Shown here one piece after another: positions 23,744 to 33,625 of a DNA stretch of 34,289 bases. The stretch comes from a bacterium (GTDB taxonomy: Bacteria > Armatimonadota > HRBIN16): NCBI GenBank assembly GCA_025054895.1, contig JANWYZ010000003.1:1-34289 (forward strand), read 5' to 3'. Position numbers and translations under genes: made by a program. Position 1 is the stretch's first letter. Each line of letters opens with the position of its first letter. The notes under the pieces were generated by a model. The model made no database searches. It was not told the origin of the DNA and saw only the letters and a program-made list of their open reading frames with translations.

Positions 23744-24735
23744 ACAACCTCCTCTCCCTTTGCGAGGCGCACGATGTTAGTCACCAACTGCTCGAAACTC
23801 CAACCGTAAGCTTCTGCAGAACGAGGCAGCAGACTGGTTGGGGTCATGCCCGGGATGGTGTTGACCTCCAGCACGACAGGGCGCTGGTGTTCCCAGATAA
23901 AATCGGTGCGCGACATGCCCCGACAACCCAGCGCGTGATGCGCCTGTAGCGCGTAGTGTGCGCACAGTCGGTGTACCTCCTCAGGTACCCGTGCCGGGAT
24001 AATCTCTTCAGTGGCGCCAGGGGTGTATTTTGCGTTGTAGTCGTAGAACCCCCCTGCCGGTACAATCTCAATCATCGGTAGTGCCACAGCCCGCCGGTTG
24101 CCCACTACGGGAACCGTAAGCTCCACCCCGGAAAGAAGCGGCTCCACCAGCACACACTCGTCGTAGCGGAAGGCGTCCTCCAGCGCCGTCGCCAGGTGCT
24201 CCTCCCGGTATACCCTGTGCACGCCGATGGTGGAACCCTGCGTGTTTGGCTTAATGATCACGGGATAGCCCAGAGCGCGCCCCACCTCCTGTGCAGCAGC
24301 TTTATGACTCTCGCAGCGGTGCAACACGACATCAGGCGCTACTGGAACTCCAGATGCTTCCAGCACTCGCTTGGTCATCACCTTGTCCAGCGCAAGCGCG
24401 CTTGCTAATACTCCAGAACCAGTATAGGGTATATGCAGTAAGTCCAGCACCGCCTGCACGCGCCCATCTTCACCCGGCGCACCGTGCAGGATGATAAATA
24501 CTACGTCTGGTTGGTGCTCCTGTAACCGCTGTACAAAATCGGCTAGCCCCACCGCCCTTGAGGCGGTTGCTGCCAGACCTTGCTGCTTCGCCAGCGAAGG
24601 GTCGAACACCACATCCATTTCGATCACGTCGTACCCCGCGTCGCGCAACCCATCTGCTACGCGCTTACCCGATGAGAGCGACACCTCCCGCTCGGTCGAA
24701 TCCCCCCCCATCAACACCATCACTTTCTCACGCAC
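23740..24735 (-). CDS. ddl: D-alanine--D-alanine ligase
   Basis: GTG start after GGAGG; MGG-x-S-x-EREVSL-x-SG, LHG-x-x-GEDG, PYTGSG, FYDY-x-AKY, EVNTIPGMT-x-x-S. Confidence 0.95.
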   Translation of the reverse strand: MREKVMVLMGGDSTEREVSLSSGKRVADGLRDAGYDVIEMDVVFDPSLAKQQGLAATASRAVGLADFVQRLQEHQPDVVFIILHGAPGEDGRVQAVLDLLHIPYTGSGVLASALALDKVMTKRVLEASGVPVAPDVVLHRCESHKAAAQEVGRALGYPVIIKPNTQGSTIGVHRVYREEHLATALEDAFRYDECVLVEPLLSGVELTVPVVGNRRAVALPMIEIVPAGGFYDYNAKYTPGATEEIIPARVPEEVHRLCAHYALQAHHALGCRGMSRTDFIWEHQRPVVLEVNTIPGMTPTSLLPRSAEAYGWSFEQLVTNIVRLAKGEEVV

Positions 24736-26101
24736 TGCCTGCACCTCCCAGCAACTGCAACAACAAGCGGGCAGTGCGATCCAGCTCACCCGCTCCCAGC
24801 GTCAGCACCGTATCCCCTTCTCGTATCATCTGCAGAAGCACTTCCGCTGCCCGCTCTGGAGTATCCGCCAGGGCGACCGGCAGTGTGGTGCGCCGCGAAC
24901 GTATCTCCTCCGCGAGGCCAGTGGAACTGATACCCGGTATGGGTTCCTCTCGTGCGGGATAGATATTTACCAGTACTAATGCGTCGCAGCCATCCGCCAG
25001 TACTTGCGCGAATTGATGCCAGAAATCCCGGGTGCGACTGTACAGGTGTGGCTGAAATGCCACTACCAGCCTCTTTTTGACGCGGGGGCGCAGGGTGCGC
25101 AAGGTGGCTTCAATCTCCGTTGGGTGGTGTCCATAGTCATCATACACAGCGACGCCTCTCGCCTGCCCGACGAACTCCAGCCGACGCTGAACGCCATCGA
25201 AACCTTCTAAGCCTTCGCGCACTGCACTGTAAGAGACGCCCAGTTCCAAACTTACTGCTGCAGCTGCGGCGGCGTTGAGCATGTTGTGCGCCCCAGGCAC
25301 CTGAAGGCGTATCTCACCTGCCTTTCGCGCCCGCACCTCCAGTAGAAATACCCCCTCGCTACCGCTTTGCACTACTCTGTAGTCGGCTTCGTTTGACGTT
25401 CCGAACTTGACCACTTTCGCCCTTGCGTGCTCGCACAGCCCGATGCTACGCTGGTCGTCCGCCCATGTCACCACAACTCCCTGCGGGTTTACCTGCGACA
25501 CAAACTGCTGGAAACTCTGCAACATCCTTTCCTCAGTGTGATAATAGTCGAGGTGCTCCGCTTCTATGTTAGTAATCACCGCCGCGTAGGGATAGAGGTC
25601 CAAAAACGAATCGTATGCCTCACATGCTTCCACCACCACATATTCTCCCTGCCCTAATCGCACGTTGCCTCCGTATCGACGCACTTCCCCACCGATCAGC
25701 ACCTGTGGATCTAAACCGGCTGCTTCGAGTATCGAAGCGACCATCGCTGTCGTCGTGGTCTTGCCATGCGTGCCCGTTACTGCGATGCTCTTGTGTCCTT
25801 CTAACAGCATCCCAAGCGCCTGCGACCGACGCAGCACCTGAACGTCGTTTCGTCGTGCCTCAATCAGTTCAGGGTTATCCTCATGTATCGCCGCTGTGTA
25901 CACAAACAGGTCGCATTCACGTACATGAGCCGGGTCGTGTCCAAGCCACACAGGTATGCCGCTTTCCTGCAGTTTCTGCACGACAGAGCTTGGCTTAAGG
26001 TCACAGCCGGTGACCTGCCATCCGCGACGGTGCAATACCTGGGCGATTGCGCTCATGCCAATCCCACCGATACCCGCAAAATGCACACGTTTCCCACTCA
26101 T
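24728..26101 (-). CDS. murC: UDP-N-acetylmuramate--L-alanine ligase
   Basis: GIGGIGMS, GTHGKTTTT, TNIEAEHLD, DDYGHHPTE, FQPH-x-YSRT; ATG 26101 overlaps the murG stop. Confidence 0.96.
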   Translation of the reverse strand: MSGKRVHFAGIGGIGMSAIAQVLHRRGWQVTGCDLKPSSVVQKLQESGIPVWLGHDPAHVRECDLFVYTAAIHEDNPELIEARRNDVQVLRRSQALGMLLEGHKSIAVTGTHGKTTTTAMVASILEAAGLDPQVLIGGEVRRYGGNVRLGQGEYVVVEACEAYDSFLDLYPYAAVITNIEAEHLDYYHTEERMLQSFQQFVSQVNPQGVVVTWADDQRSIGLCEHARAKVVKFGTSNEADYRVVQSGSEGVFLLEVRARKAGEIRLQVPGAHNMLNAAAAAAVSLELGVSYSAVREGLEGFDGVQRRLEFVGQARGVAVYDDYGHHPTEIEATLRTLRPRVKKRLVVAFQPHLYSRTRDFWHQFAQVLADGCDALVLVNIYPAREEPIPGISSTGLAEEIRSRRTTLPVALADTPERAAEVLLQMIREGDTVLTLGAGELDRTARLLLQLLGGAGSA

Positions 26102-27183
26102 GGCTGTGCGGCGACCTCCAGCACCTGTTGCACTACCCGTTCGGCGGCGTCTTCTCTGCTCCACCGGCGGTTCGTCTCGCCCATCTGTTGTAGCCTGCGT
26201 TCATCGCTGAGCAACTCCAGCAGGCTTGTCAGTAGTTTCTCGGCGTCCAACTCGCTTTCGCGAAACACTACCGCCCCGCCATGCCTGGCTAGTTCCTGCG
26301 CGTTGTGCCACTGGTGGTCTGCGTAAGCATAAGGATAGGGCACAAACACTGCAGGCTTGCCAAACAGCGCGATCTCGTTGAGCGTAGATGCCCCTGCCCG
26401 CGACAGCACCAGGTCTGCCGCCGAGAGCGCCTGCCCAAGCGTTTGAACGTCCATGAAACCGAACCAGCGGTAGTCCGCGCTTTGCGGGAACCGCTCGAAA
26501 TCCGCCAGGTTGCGTTCACCCACCTGGTGTATTACCTGCACGCCTGCCTGTTTCAATCCAGGCGACATCTCCAGTGTCCAGCCGTTCAGGGCGCGCGCTC
26601 CCTGACTGCCCCCGATAACGAAAAGCACCCGTCCACCGGGGTTCATCCCCAGCAATTGACAGGCTTGAGTGCGTTCCATCCGCGATTGGAGTAAATCTCT
26701 GCGCACCGGCAAGCCGGTATGCACACACCGGCTGCTTCCAAAATAGCGCGTCGTACTTTCGAAAGTGACGCACACTCGCCTCGCCCAGCGAGCCATCCAG
26801 CGGTTGGCGCGTCCCGGAATGGCGTTCTGCTCATGTATCACGATTTTCCCCCGGCGCAGCGCTTGCGCCAGTACCACTCCAGCCGCGACATAGCCGCCCG
26901 TTGCCACCACCACATCCGGAGCGTATTCGCGTAGAATACGGCGTGCAGTGTATACTGTGCGCAGCAATGCGCCTATCGCCGCCGGAGTCAGTGAACGCCG
27001 CAGAGGCAACGCCTCGATAGCGAAAAACGTCCACCCTAAGGGGGGGATAACCCGTCCCTCTATGCCTGCTTCACGCCCGGCAAAGGCGATGTCGGTGACG
27101 CCGGATTCACGCAATGCCTCGGCGATACTCACGGCGGGAAACAGGTGTCCCCCGGTTCCGCCGCCCACCAGCAACACGCGCAT
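26098..27183 (-). CDS. murG: undecaprenyl-PP-MurNAc-pentapeptide GlcNAc transferase
   Basis: GGGTGGH-x-FPA, GGYV, HEQN, GGSQGA, SRAGAST, HQ-x-x-NA. Confidence 0.97.
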   Translation of the reverse strand: MRVLLVGGGTGGHLFPAVSIAEALRESGVTDIAFAGREAGIEGRVIPPLGWTFFAIEALPLRRSLTPAAIGALLRTVYTARRILREYAPDVVVATGGYVAAGVVLAQALRRGKIVIHEQNAIPGRANRWMARWARRVCVTFESTTRYFGSSRCVHTGLPVRRDLLQSRMERTQACQLLGMNPGGRVLFVIGGSQGARALNGWTLEMSPGLKQAGVQVIHQVGERNLADFERFPQSADYRWFGFMDVQTLGQALSAADLVLSRAGASTLNEIALFGKPAVFVPYPYAYADHQWHNAQELARHGGAVVFRESELDAEKLLTSLLELLSDERRLQQMGETNRRWSREDAAERVVQQVLEVAAQP

Positions 27184-28318
27184 GAGGTGCCTCTTTCACA
27201 CGCTCAATCATCGGAGTACAGGCAACTTTTTGCACCAAACCTATACCAAAAAGCAAACTCACCAGCGATGACCCGCCGTAGCTGATGAAGGGCAACGGTA
27301 CGCCTGTCGTTGGTATGGAGCCCGTAACTACGTAAAGGTTCAACAGGCTTTGCAAGGCAATCATGGTGCCTATGCCGCTGACCAGCAATAGAGGGAACAT
27401 TGCCTCAGTTTTGTAAGCAATCAAAAGTGTGCGCCACGCAACCAGCGCGAGCAATACGATCACAGCGGTGCTACCGATTACGCCCGTCTCTTCGGAAATG
27501 GTTGTAAACACGAAGTCAGTCTCCGCCGCTGGAAGAAACTCCTTTGCTCGCCCCGTCCCCAGCCCCGTTCCCCAAATACCTCCGGTGCCAATCCCCATAA
27601 GCGAGTGGGCAAGCTGGTAGCCGGAGGAGTTTATGTATGCGAAAGGCTGGGTGAAAGCCACCACACGCTGCCAGCGATAGTGTTCGTAATAGGTAAAAAT
27701 GCCCCCTCCTATCGCCACCAGCAGTGCCAGGGCTACGAGCCAGCGCAACGGCAAGCCTGCAGTGAAGAACATCACCATGCCAATACTGACGAACATGAAC
27801 GCAGTGCCCAGGTCACGCTGGCAACCTAATACGATTCCAGCTGCCGTGAAGATACAGAAGAACGCCCAAAGCCAACTGTGAGGACGTTGCCAGATTGGCT
27901 TACATGCAGATACCAGATTCGAATGGCACAGCAGCCTCGCCAGCAGCGCAATCAACACAACCTTGCCCAGCTCCGCAGGCTGTATGGTGATCTCTACAGT
28001 GCCTACCTGTGCTATCTTAAGCCAGCGGTACGCCCCATTTCGCTGCACGCCATAAGGGGTAAATCGCGTCGCCAGCATAAGCAACAGGGTAGGAAGAGCC
28101 ACCCACACGACGTAGCGAGACAGCGAGACCAGAGGAACACGCTTTCCCAACCAGTAAGCCAACCAGCCAATGATTGCCCATATAACCTGCCGGCGAATCT
28201 GCTCGAAGCCCGATTTCGGGAAACTGGCGTCGTATACCGCGATAAGCCCTACAACCACCAGAGCCAGAACCGACCACTTAAGCAGTCTGTCCTCTCTAGC
28301 TTGTTGCATCTCGTTCAT
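27107..28318 (-). CDS. ftsW: SEDS peptidoglycan polymerase FtsW
   Basis: NGAYRW, IQPAELGK, DLGT, GYQL, LP-x-x-x-TDF-x-F, PTTGVPLPFISYGGSS; multiple TMs. Confidence 0.93.
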   Translation of the reverse strand: MNEMQQAREDRLLKWSVLALVVVGLIAVYDASFPKSGFEQIRRQVIWAIIGWLAYWLGKRVPLVSLSRYVVWVALPTLLLMLATRFTPYGVQRNGAYRWLKIAQVGTVEITIQPAELGKVVLIALLARLLCHSNLVSACKPIWQRPHSWLWAFFCIFTAAGIVLGCQRDLGTAFMFVSIGMVMFFTAGLPLRWLVALALLVAIGGGIFTYYEHYRWQRVVAFTQPFAYINSSGYQLAHSLMGIGTGGIWGTGLGTGRAKEFLPAAETDFVFTTISEETGVIGSTAVIVLLALVAWRTLLIAYKTEAMFPLLLVSGIGTMIALQSLLNLYVVTGSIPTTGVPLPFISYGGSSLVSLLFGIGLVQKVACTPMIERVKEAPHARVAGGRRNRGTPVSRREYRRGIA

Positions 28319-29699
28319 TACGCTCCTCCAGCCGACGCACGATGCGACGGAACGCCTCGCCGCGTTCCTGAAAACTCGTAAACATATCGAAACTGGCGCA
28401 TCCTGGCGACAACATCACCCAATCGCCAGCGTACGCAAGGTTACGAGCGCGCAACACTGCCTCTTGCAGACTATCACACCGCACGATGTGCTCCCAGCCT
28501 GCTTCGCGCAACTGGCTCTCTATACGCTGCGCATCTTCTCCAATGAGTACCACTCCGCGCGCTTTCTGTTGCAGGAGAGGTACCAGATTCTGAAATGGGC
28601 TCGAGCTTTTATCTACACCGCCCATAATCAACACCACCGGTGCGGGCGTCGCCTTCAAGCTCTCCGCCACCGCCTGCAGGTTGGTACACATGGAGTTGTT
28701 CACGTATTGCACACCATCCACTTCCGCCACCCACTCCATGCGGTGGGGCAACGGTCGAAAAGTGCTTATAGCCTCTTCCAATCGCTCGCTGGCAATGTTC
28801 CATGCGAGACAAGCCGCAACCGCGGCTGCCAGATTGCGCCGATTATGCTCACCCCGCAGCTGATACCCTTCTATAGAGGCAAGATGGCGTACTCCTTCCT
28901 CGTTTTTGAAGTGTACCCCGTTTGTATCACACCAGACCATGCGCTGGGCATTTATGTTTATGTCTTTATGCGAAAAATAGATATATTTTGCTCGAGTTTG
29001 CATAAAACTCAAAATCAAAGCATCGTCGCCGGGTACAACAGCGAAGTCCGCCTCCGTTTGACGAAGGAAAAGCCTTGCTTTGGTTCGCCCATACTCTTCC
29101 AGCGAGGAATGCCGATTCAGGTGGTCTGGCGAGAGCGTCGTCCATACTCCTACGTGTGGGCGAAACTCGTGCACCCACTCCAGTTGAAAACTGCTTACCT
29201 CAGCCACCAGGATCTCTTCAGGTTGCGACAGGAAGGCAGCGTCAGTCAGGGTACGCTCCATTCCTTCTGCTGCGATGTTGCCGCACAGCACGGCGCGATA
29301 GCCAGCGGTGCTGAGAATGTGCGCGATCAGCGCGGCGGTAGTGCTCTTCCCGTTAGTTCCGGTGACGCCGATGACAGGAGCCCGACTGAGATGGTACGCC
29401 AGCTCCACCTCCGACCAGACAGGAATGCCCTCCTGAATCGCCTCTTGCAAAATTGGGCTATCAGCAGGAACCCCCGGACTGGTTACCACGAGCTCATAAT
29501 TTTTCGTGGGTAACCCCGCCTCCCAACCGACCAGCGTATTGACCCCCAGACTCGCCAATTGCTCTGCCAGCGGAGGAGAGCCGGAGTCGCAAGCGGTGAC
29601 TCGCGCCCCAAGCGCATGAAGCACCCGAGCCGCGTCGTAACCGCTCCGTCCGATACCCACTACCAGTATATGCTTGTCCTGCCACTGTGCCCCGTTCAT
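28296..29699 (-). CDS. murD: UDP-N-acetylmuramoyl-L-alanine--D-glutamate ligase
   Basis: ATG 29699 overlaps the mraY stop; G-x-GRSG, SPGVP, TGTNGKSTT, EVSSFQL, DHL-x-RH, HR-x-E, SPGCASFDMF..RG. Confidence 0.96.
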   Translation of the reverse strand: MNGAQWQDKHILVVGIGRSGYDAARVLHALGARVTACDSGSPPLAEQLASLGVNTLVGWEAGLPTKNYELVVTSPGVPADSPILQEAIQEGIPVWSEVELAYHLSRAPVIGVTGTNGKSTTAALIAHILSTAGYRAVLCGNIAAEGMERTLTDAAFLSQPEEILVAEVSSFQLEWVHEFRPHVGVWTTLSPDHLNRHSSLEEYGRTKARLFLRQTEADFAVVPGDDALILSFMQTRAKYIYFSHKDININAQRMVWCDTNGVHFKNEEGVRHLASIEGYQLRGEHNRRNLAAAVAACLAWNIASERLEEAISTFRPLPHRMEWVAEVDGVQYVNNSMCTNLQAVAESLKATPAPVVLIMGGVDKSSSPFQNLVPLLQQKARGVVLIGEDAQRIESQLREAGWEHIVRCDSLQEAVLRARNLAYAGDWVMLSPGCASFDMFTSFQERGEAFRRIVRRLEERNERDATS

Positions 29700-30697
29700 G
29701 TGTTTGCCCACGCGATAAGGTAACCTGCCGCCGCACTGAGGATACCTGCTATCCAGAACATCGTCACGACGCGCGTCTCGTGCATACCCAGCAATTCGAA
29801 GTGATGGTGTAACGGCGACATGCGGAATATCCGCTTGCCTGTTGTCTGGAATGAAATCACCTGCAGTATGACCGATAGCATTTCTATCCAGAAAACCAGC
29901 AACACCACCAGCGCAACCAATTCCACTTTGGCGTAGAGGGCGATGAGCGCAAGAGCCGCCCCCAGCCCCAGCGAACCGGTATCGCCCATAAACACCCGCG
30001 CTGGATAACGATTGAAGTGGAGAAAACCTGCGCACGCCCCACCCAGCGCGCCCGCTCCCTGCAATACCCATGAAGCCTCTCGTAAACTACTGATGCTACC
30101 AAGCGCAGAAGCGGCGATCAGCGACAGTCCGGCAGCCAGCCCATCCAGCCCATCGGCGAGGTTGACCGCGTTGGACAGCGCGACGATAAACAGCACCGCC
30201 AGCGGATAGTACCAGATACCAGCATCCAGACGCCATTCGCCTACCTGAAAGACGGTTGTGACGCCCGGCTCGGCGTTTAGAGCGAGGTATACCACAAACA
30301 CCGTCGCCACAGCGCACTGCATGAGCAATTTCTGGCGCGCCTTTAACCCCAGATTCTTACCCCGCCGGATGATCAGGTAGTCATCCAGCAAGCCGATACC
30401 CGCAAACGCCAGCACGGTGGTGCAAAAGACCGCCGGGTCCCATGCTCTGGTAAGCGTTTGTTGCGATAGAGCCGCCTGCGCCCCCAGCGTCAGCAGCACG
30501 CCTATAACCAAACCCGTTACGATTAGCACTCCTCCCATCGTGGGTGTGCCTGCTTTGCTACGGTGACGTTCTGGCGCATCTTCCCGGATGGCTTGTCCCG
30601 CTTTAACGGCAACCAGCGCGCGCAGGGTGGGTTCTCCCATCGCCAGCACCGTAATCAGCGCTATGACAAACGCCACCCAGAACCAGAGCATACTCAA
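29696..30697 (-). CDS. mraY: phospho-N-acetylmuramoyl-pentapeptide transferase
   Basis: KAGTPTMGG, GLLDDY, NAVNL-x-DGLDGL, VFMGDTGS, FRMSPLHHHFE. Confidence 0.97.
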   Translation of the reverse strand: MSMLWFWVAFVIALITVLAMGEPTLRALVAVKAGQAIREDAPERHRSKAGTPTMGGVLIVTGLVIGVLLTLGAQAALSQQTLTRAWDPAVFCTTVLAFAGIGLLDDYLIIRRGKNLGLKARQKLLMQCAVATVFVVYLALNAEPGVTTVFQVGEWRLDAGIWYYPLAVLFIVALSNAVNLADGLDGLAAGLSLIAASALGSISSLREASWVLQGAGALGGACAGFLHFNRYPARVFMGDTGSLGLGAALALIALYAKVELVALVVLLVFWIEMLSVILQVISFQTTGKRIFRMSPLHHHFELLGMHETRVVTMFWIAGILSAAAGYLIAWANT

Positions 30698-32070
30698 CAG
30701 TCCTCTGAGATCGCCTTAACCACTGCCTCCATCTGCAGCGCACGCGACCCCTTGACCAGCACCACATCGCCCGGCTGCAAGTAGCGTGGGACGTTCTCGG
30801 CTGCGGCGCGGCTATCCGCAAAGGTCAGGCATACCGGAATGTGTCCTGCGCTCTTCGCGCCCTGCACCACCTCTTGTGCCATCTCCCCTACCGCTACCAG
30901 CACCTGCGCGCCGATTCGCGCTGCCTCTTGCCCGACTTCGCGATGCAGTTGCGGCGCCTCATCACCCAACTCGAGCATGTCACCCAGCACCACCACACGC
31001 CGACACCCATTCGCCATACGCTCCAGAGTATGCAATGCGGCGCTTACTGAGGCGGGGTTGGCGTTATAGGTGTCGTCCAGCACGGTGATATGTTTGTGGG
31101 TGTGGTGAATCTGCATGCGCTTGTCTACCGCCGGCATTTGCTGTAAGCCCTGTGCAGCCTCTGCAAGCGGCACATCCAGGGCAGCCGCTACTGCCAGAGC
31201 TGCCAGCGCGTTGCTCAGATGGTGTAAACCGGGTATCGGAACTTGCAGCGGCGCCGATTGTTGCCCATAGCGCACCAGGCAATGCGCCTTGCCATCCTTA
31301 TCCAGACGCACCTTCACTGCACGCACCATCGCCGCGCGTTGCCATCCAAAGGAGATAACCCGACAGGGCGCCTGCCGGCGGCAGAAATCGAAATACTCGT
31401 CGTCCGCGTTAAGCACGGCAATTCCGTTCTCGGGTAGACGATGCAGTAGTTCAGATTTTGCCAGGGCAATGTTCTCGCGCGAGCCGAGCAATCCCAGATG
31501 CGCCCAACCGATGTTGGTAATCACGCCAATGGTGGGGCGAGCGATGGTTGCCAGCCAGTCGATTTGCCCCCTACCGCGCATCGCCATCTCCAGCACAGCG
31601 ACCGTGTGGCGCTTTTCCAGCCGTGCGATGGTTAGAGGCAAACCGATTTCGGTGTTCAGGTTGTGTAGCGATTTGAGCACCGCGTGTTGTGTGCTGAGGG
31701 CGGCGGCGGTCATCTCTTTTGTAGTGGTTTTGCCTGCGCTTCCTGTAATGCCCACCACGGGAATGTCGAACCGCTTGCGGTACCAGCGTGCGAAGCACCC
31801 CAGCGCCCATACGGTATCGGCCACGTAGATGAGCGGGAACCCGTCCGGTGCATCTACTGGTTGCGAAACCACTGCTCCAGCCGCGCCTCGTTCTGCACTC
31901 ATGCGCACGTATCGGTGCCCATCTGTGCGTTCGCCCGGCAGCGCGAAGAAGAGGTAGTCGGGCTCAATGGTTCTGCTGTCGATACCAATACCCTTTACCA
32001 CACGTGCTCGCTCTCCACAGAGCACGCCCCCTATCGCCTTTGCGATATCTTCCAGAGCAATGGTCTCCAT
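30694..32070 (-). CDS. murF: UDP-MurNAc-tripeptide--D-Ala-D-Ala ligase
   Basis: IDSR, DGH, ITGS-x-GKTTTKE, N-x-N-x-x-IG-x-P, DDTYNANP-x-S, GDMLELG, LVKGSR. Confidence 0.97.
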   Translation of the reverse strand: METIALEDIAKAIGGVLCGERARVVKGIGIDSRTIEPDYLFFALPGERTDGHRYVRMSAERGAAGAVVSQPVDAPDGFPLIYVADTVWALGCFARWYRKRFDIPVVGITGSAGKTTTKEMTAAALSTQHAVLKSLHNLNTEIGLPLTIARLEKRHTVAVLEMAMRGRGQIDWLATIARPTIGVITNIGWAHLGLLGSRENIALAKSELLHRLPENGIAVLNADDEYFDFCRRQAPCRVISFGWQRAAMVRAVKVRLDKDGKAHCLVRYGQQSAPLQVPIPGLHHLSNALAALAVAAALDVPLAEAAQGLQQMPAVDKRMQIHHTHKHITVLDDTYNANPASVSAALHTLERMANGCRRVVVLGDMLELGDEAPQLHREVGQEAARIGAQVLVAVGEMAQEVVQGAKSAGHIPVCLTFADSRAAAENVPRYLQPGDVVLVKGSRALQMEAVVKAISEDC

Positions 32071-32074
32071 CGTA

Positions 32075-33553
32075 TCAGCCTTTCAGAATCTCACGTGCAA
32101 CTTGCCTGTCGTCAAAAGGTATTCGGTTCTCGCCGATAATCTGCACCGTTTCATGCCCTTTGCCTGCGATTACCACCATATCCCCAGGCTGCGCGTGTTG
32201 AATCGCCAGGGCGATTGCCTTACGTCGGTCCGGCTCTACAAGAACCCCGTCTCGTCGGGTGATGCCCTGCAGAATCTCCTGTATGATCGCCTCAGGCGGT
32301 TCGTAACGTGGGTTGTCCGACGTAACCACGCACAGGTCTGCCAGCTCGGATGCAATAGCCCCCATTTTGGGGCGTTTAGAACGGTCGCGGTTGCCTCCAC
32401 AGCCAAATACAGTAATTAGACGAGAGGGTTGCAATGCCCTTGCCGACCGCAACAGGTTTTCCAGTCCGTCCGGGGTGTGCGCGTAATCCACAATAACCGT
32501 TATGCCGCGACGATTGGGGATAATCTCGAACCTTCCCGGCACCTGCGGCGACTTGCTCAGCGCTTCAAAAGTGGTCTGCGGGCAAAGCGACAGCGCGAAG
32601 GAGGCGGTGATTGCTGCCAGGATGTTGTATACTTGAAACGCTCCTCCCAACGGAACATGCACCTCTCGTTCCCCTGCCGGGGTTGCCACAGTCATGTGCA
32701 CAGCGTCGGGGAACAGACGCACTTTTTGCGCTCTCACCAATGCATCTTCGCTGGATACCCCATACCCCCATCTGGTATAAACGCTTTCCTCATACCACCT
32801 TCTACCGGTTGTGTCGTCGAGGTTGAAAACCGCCTGAAATCGCTTCTCGCTACGCTGGGGATACTCTACGAAGAGCCTGCGTTTGCTTGCCGCGTATTCT
32901 TCCATGGTGCGGTGATAGTCCAGATGGTCCTGGCTCAGGTTGGTAAACACCGCAAGATCGAACTCCAATCCCAACGTGCGATGCTGGTGCAGTGCGTGCG
33001 ATGACACCTCCATGACTACCGCCTGTATCCCATGCTGCACAGCCGTATAGAGCACACGCTGGATATCAGGAGCTTCGGGCGTCGTGTGCGATATGGGCAC
33101 TTCCCCTACTCCATCCAGCGCCGCCCCCAGCGTGCCGATAGTACCCGTGCGGAAACCGTTCGCCCGGAGCAGGTGGGCGATAAGGTGCGTAGTGGTGGTC
33201 TTGCCGTTGGTTCCGGTTATACCCACAAGCAATAGCCCACGCGATGGAAAACCATAAAACCGGTTCGCCAACAGCGCCAGAGCCTCCCGAGCATGGGGCA
33301 CTTCCAGCACGGGGACCGTATCCACCTGCACAGAGCGTTCCACTACCACCGCTGCTGCCCCACGCGATAGCGCGTCCTGTACAAAATCATGTCCATCGTA
33401 TCGCTGCCCGGGTACCGCCACAAAAAGCGCCCCGGGTTTTACCTGACGCGAGTCGTAGGCGATATCTGTAACCCACACGCCAGTATCAGCCGCGCCGATG
33501 AGGCGAACATCAGGAAGCGCATCCATCAGGTTGGATAATAGAACCTGCGGCAT
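32075..33553 (-). CDS. murE: UDP-MurNAc-dipeptide--2,6-diaminopimelate ligase
   Basis: DSR, GITGTNGKTTT, TTP, MEVSSH, FTNLSQDHLDYH, DYAHTPD, GCGGNRD, DNPR (meso-DAP-type), GKGHE; ATG 33553 preferred by RBS spacing (alternative GTG 33559). Confidence 0.97.
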   Translation of the reverse strand: MPQVLLSNLMDALPDVRLIGAADTGVWVTDIAYDSRQVKPGALFVAVPGQRYDGHDFVQDALSRGAAAVVVERSVQVDTVPVLEVPHAREALALLANRFYGFPSRGLLLVGITGTNGKTTTTHLIAHLLRANGFRTGTIGTLGAALDGVGEVPISHTTPEAPDIQRVLYTAVQHGIQAVVMEVSSHALHQHRTLGLEFDLAVFTNLSQDHLDYHRTMEEYAASKRRLFVEYPQRSEKRFQAVFNLDDTTGRRWYEESVYTRWGYGVSSEDALVRAQKVRLFPDAVHMTVATPAGEREVHVPLGGAFQVYNILAAITASFALSLCPQTTFEALSKSPQVPGRFEIIPNRRGITVIVDYAHTPDGLENLLRSARALQPSRLITVFGCGGNRDRSKRPKMGAIASELADLCVVTSDNPRYEPPEAIIQEILQGITRRDGVLVEPDRRKAIALAIQHAQPGDMVVIAGKGHETVQIIGENRIPFDDRQVAREILKG

Positions 33554-33597
33554 TTCCACACCTCAAACCTTTCACGGTATAGCAGCAATACCTCAAT

Positions 33598-33625
33598 ATT
33601 ATACAGGATTTACAGTATGTCTCAA
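33598..33625 (-). promoter_or_regulatory. possible internal dcw promoter upstream of murE
   Basis: Minus strand TTGAGA, N16, TATAAT in the AT-rich ftsI-murE gap. Confidence 0.45.

Noticed and set aside
28170-29513. 447-aa plus-strand ORF opposite murD
   Set aside because: Fully antisense to murD/ftsW, with no RBS or domain signature; treated as a shadow ORF.
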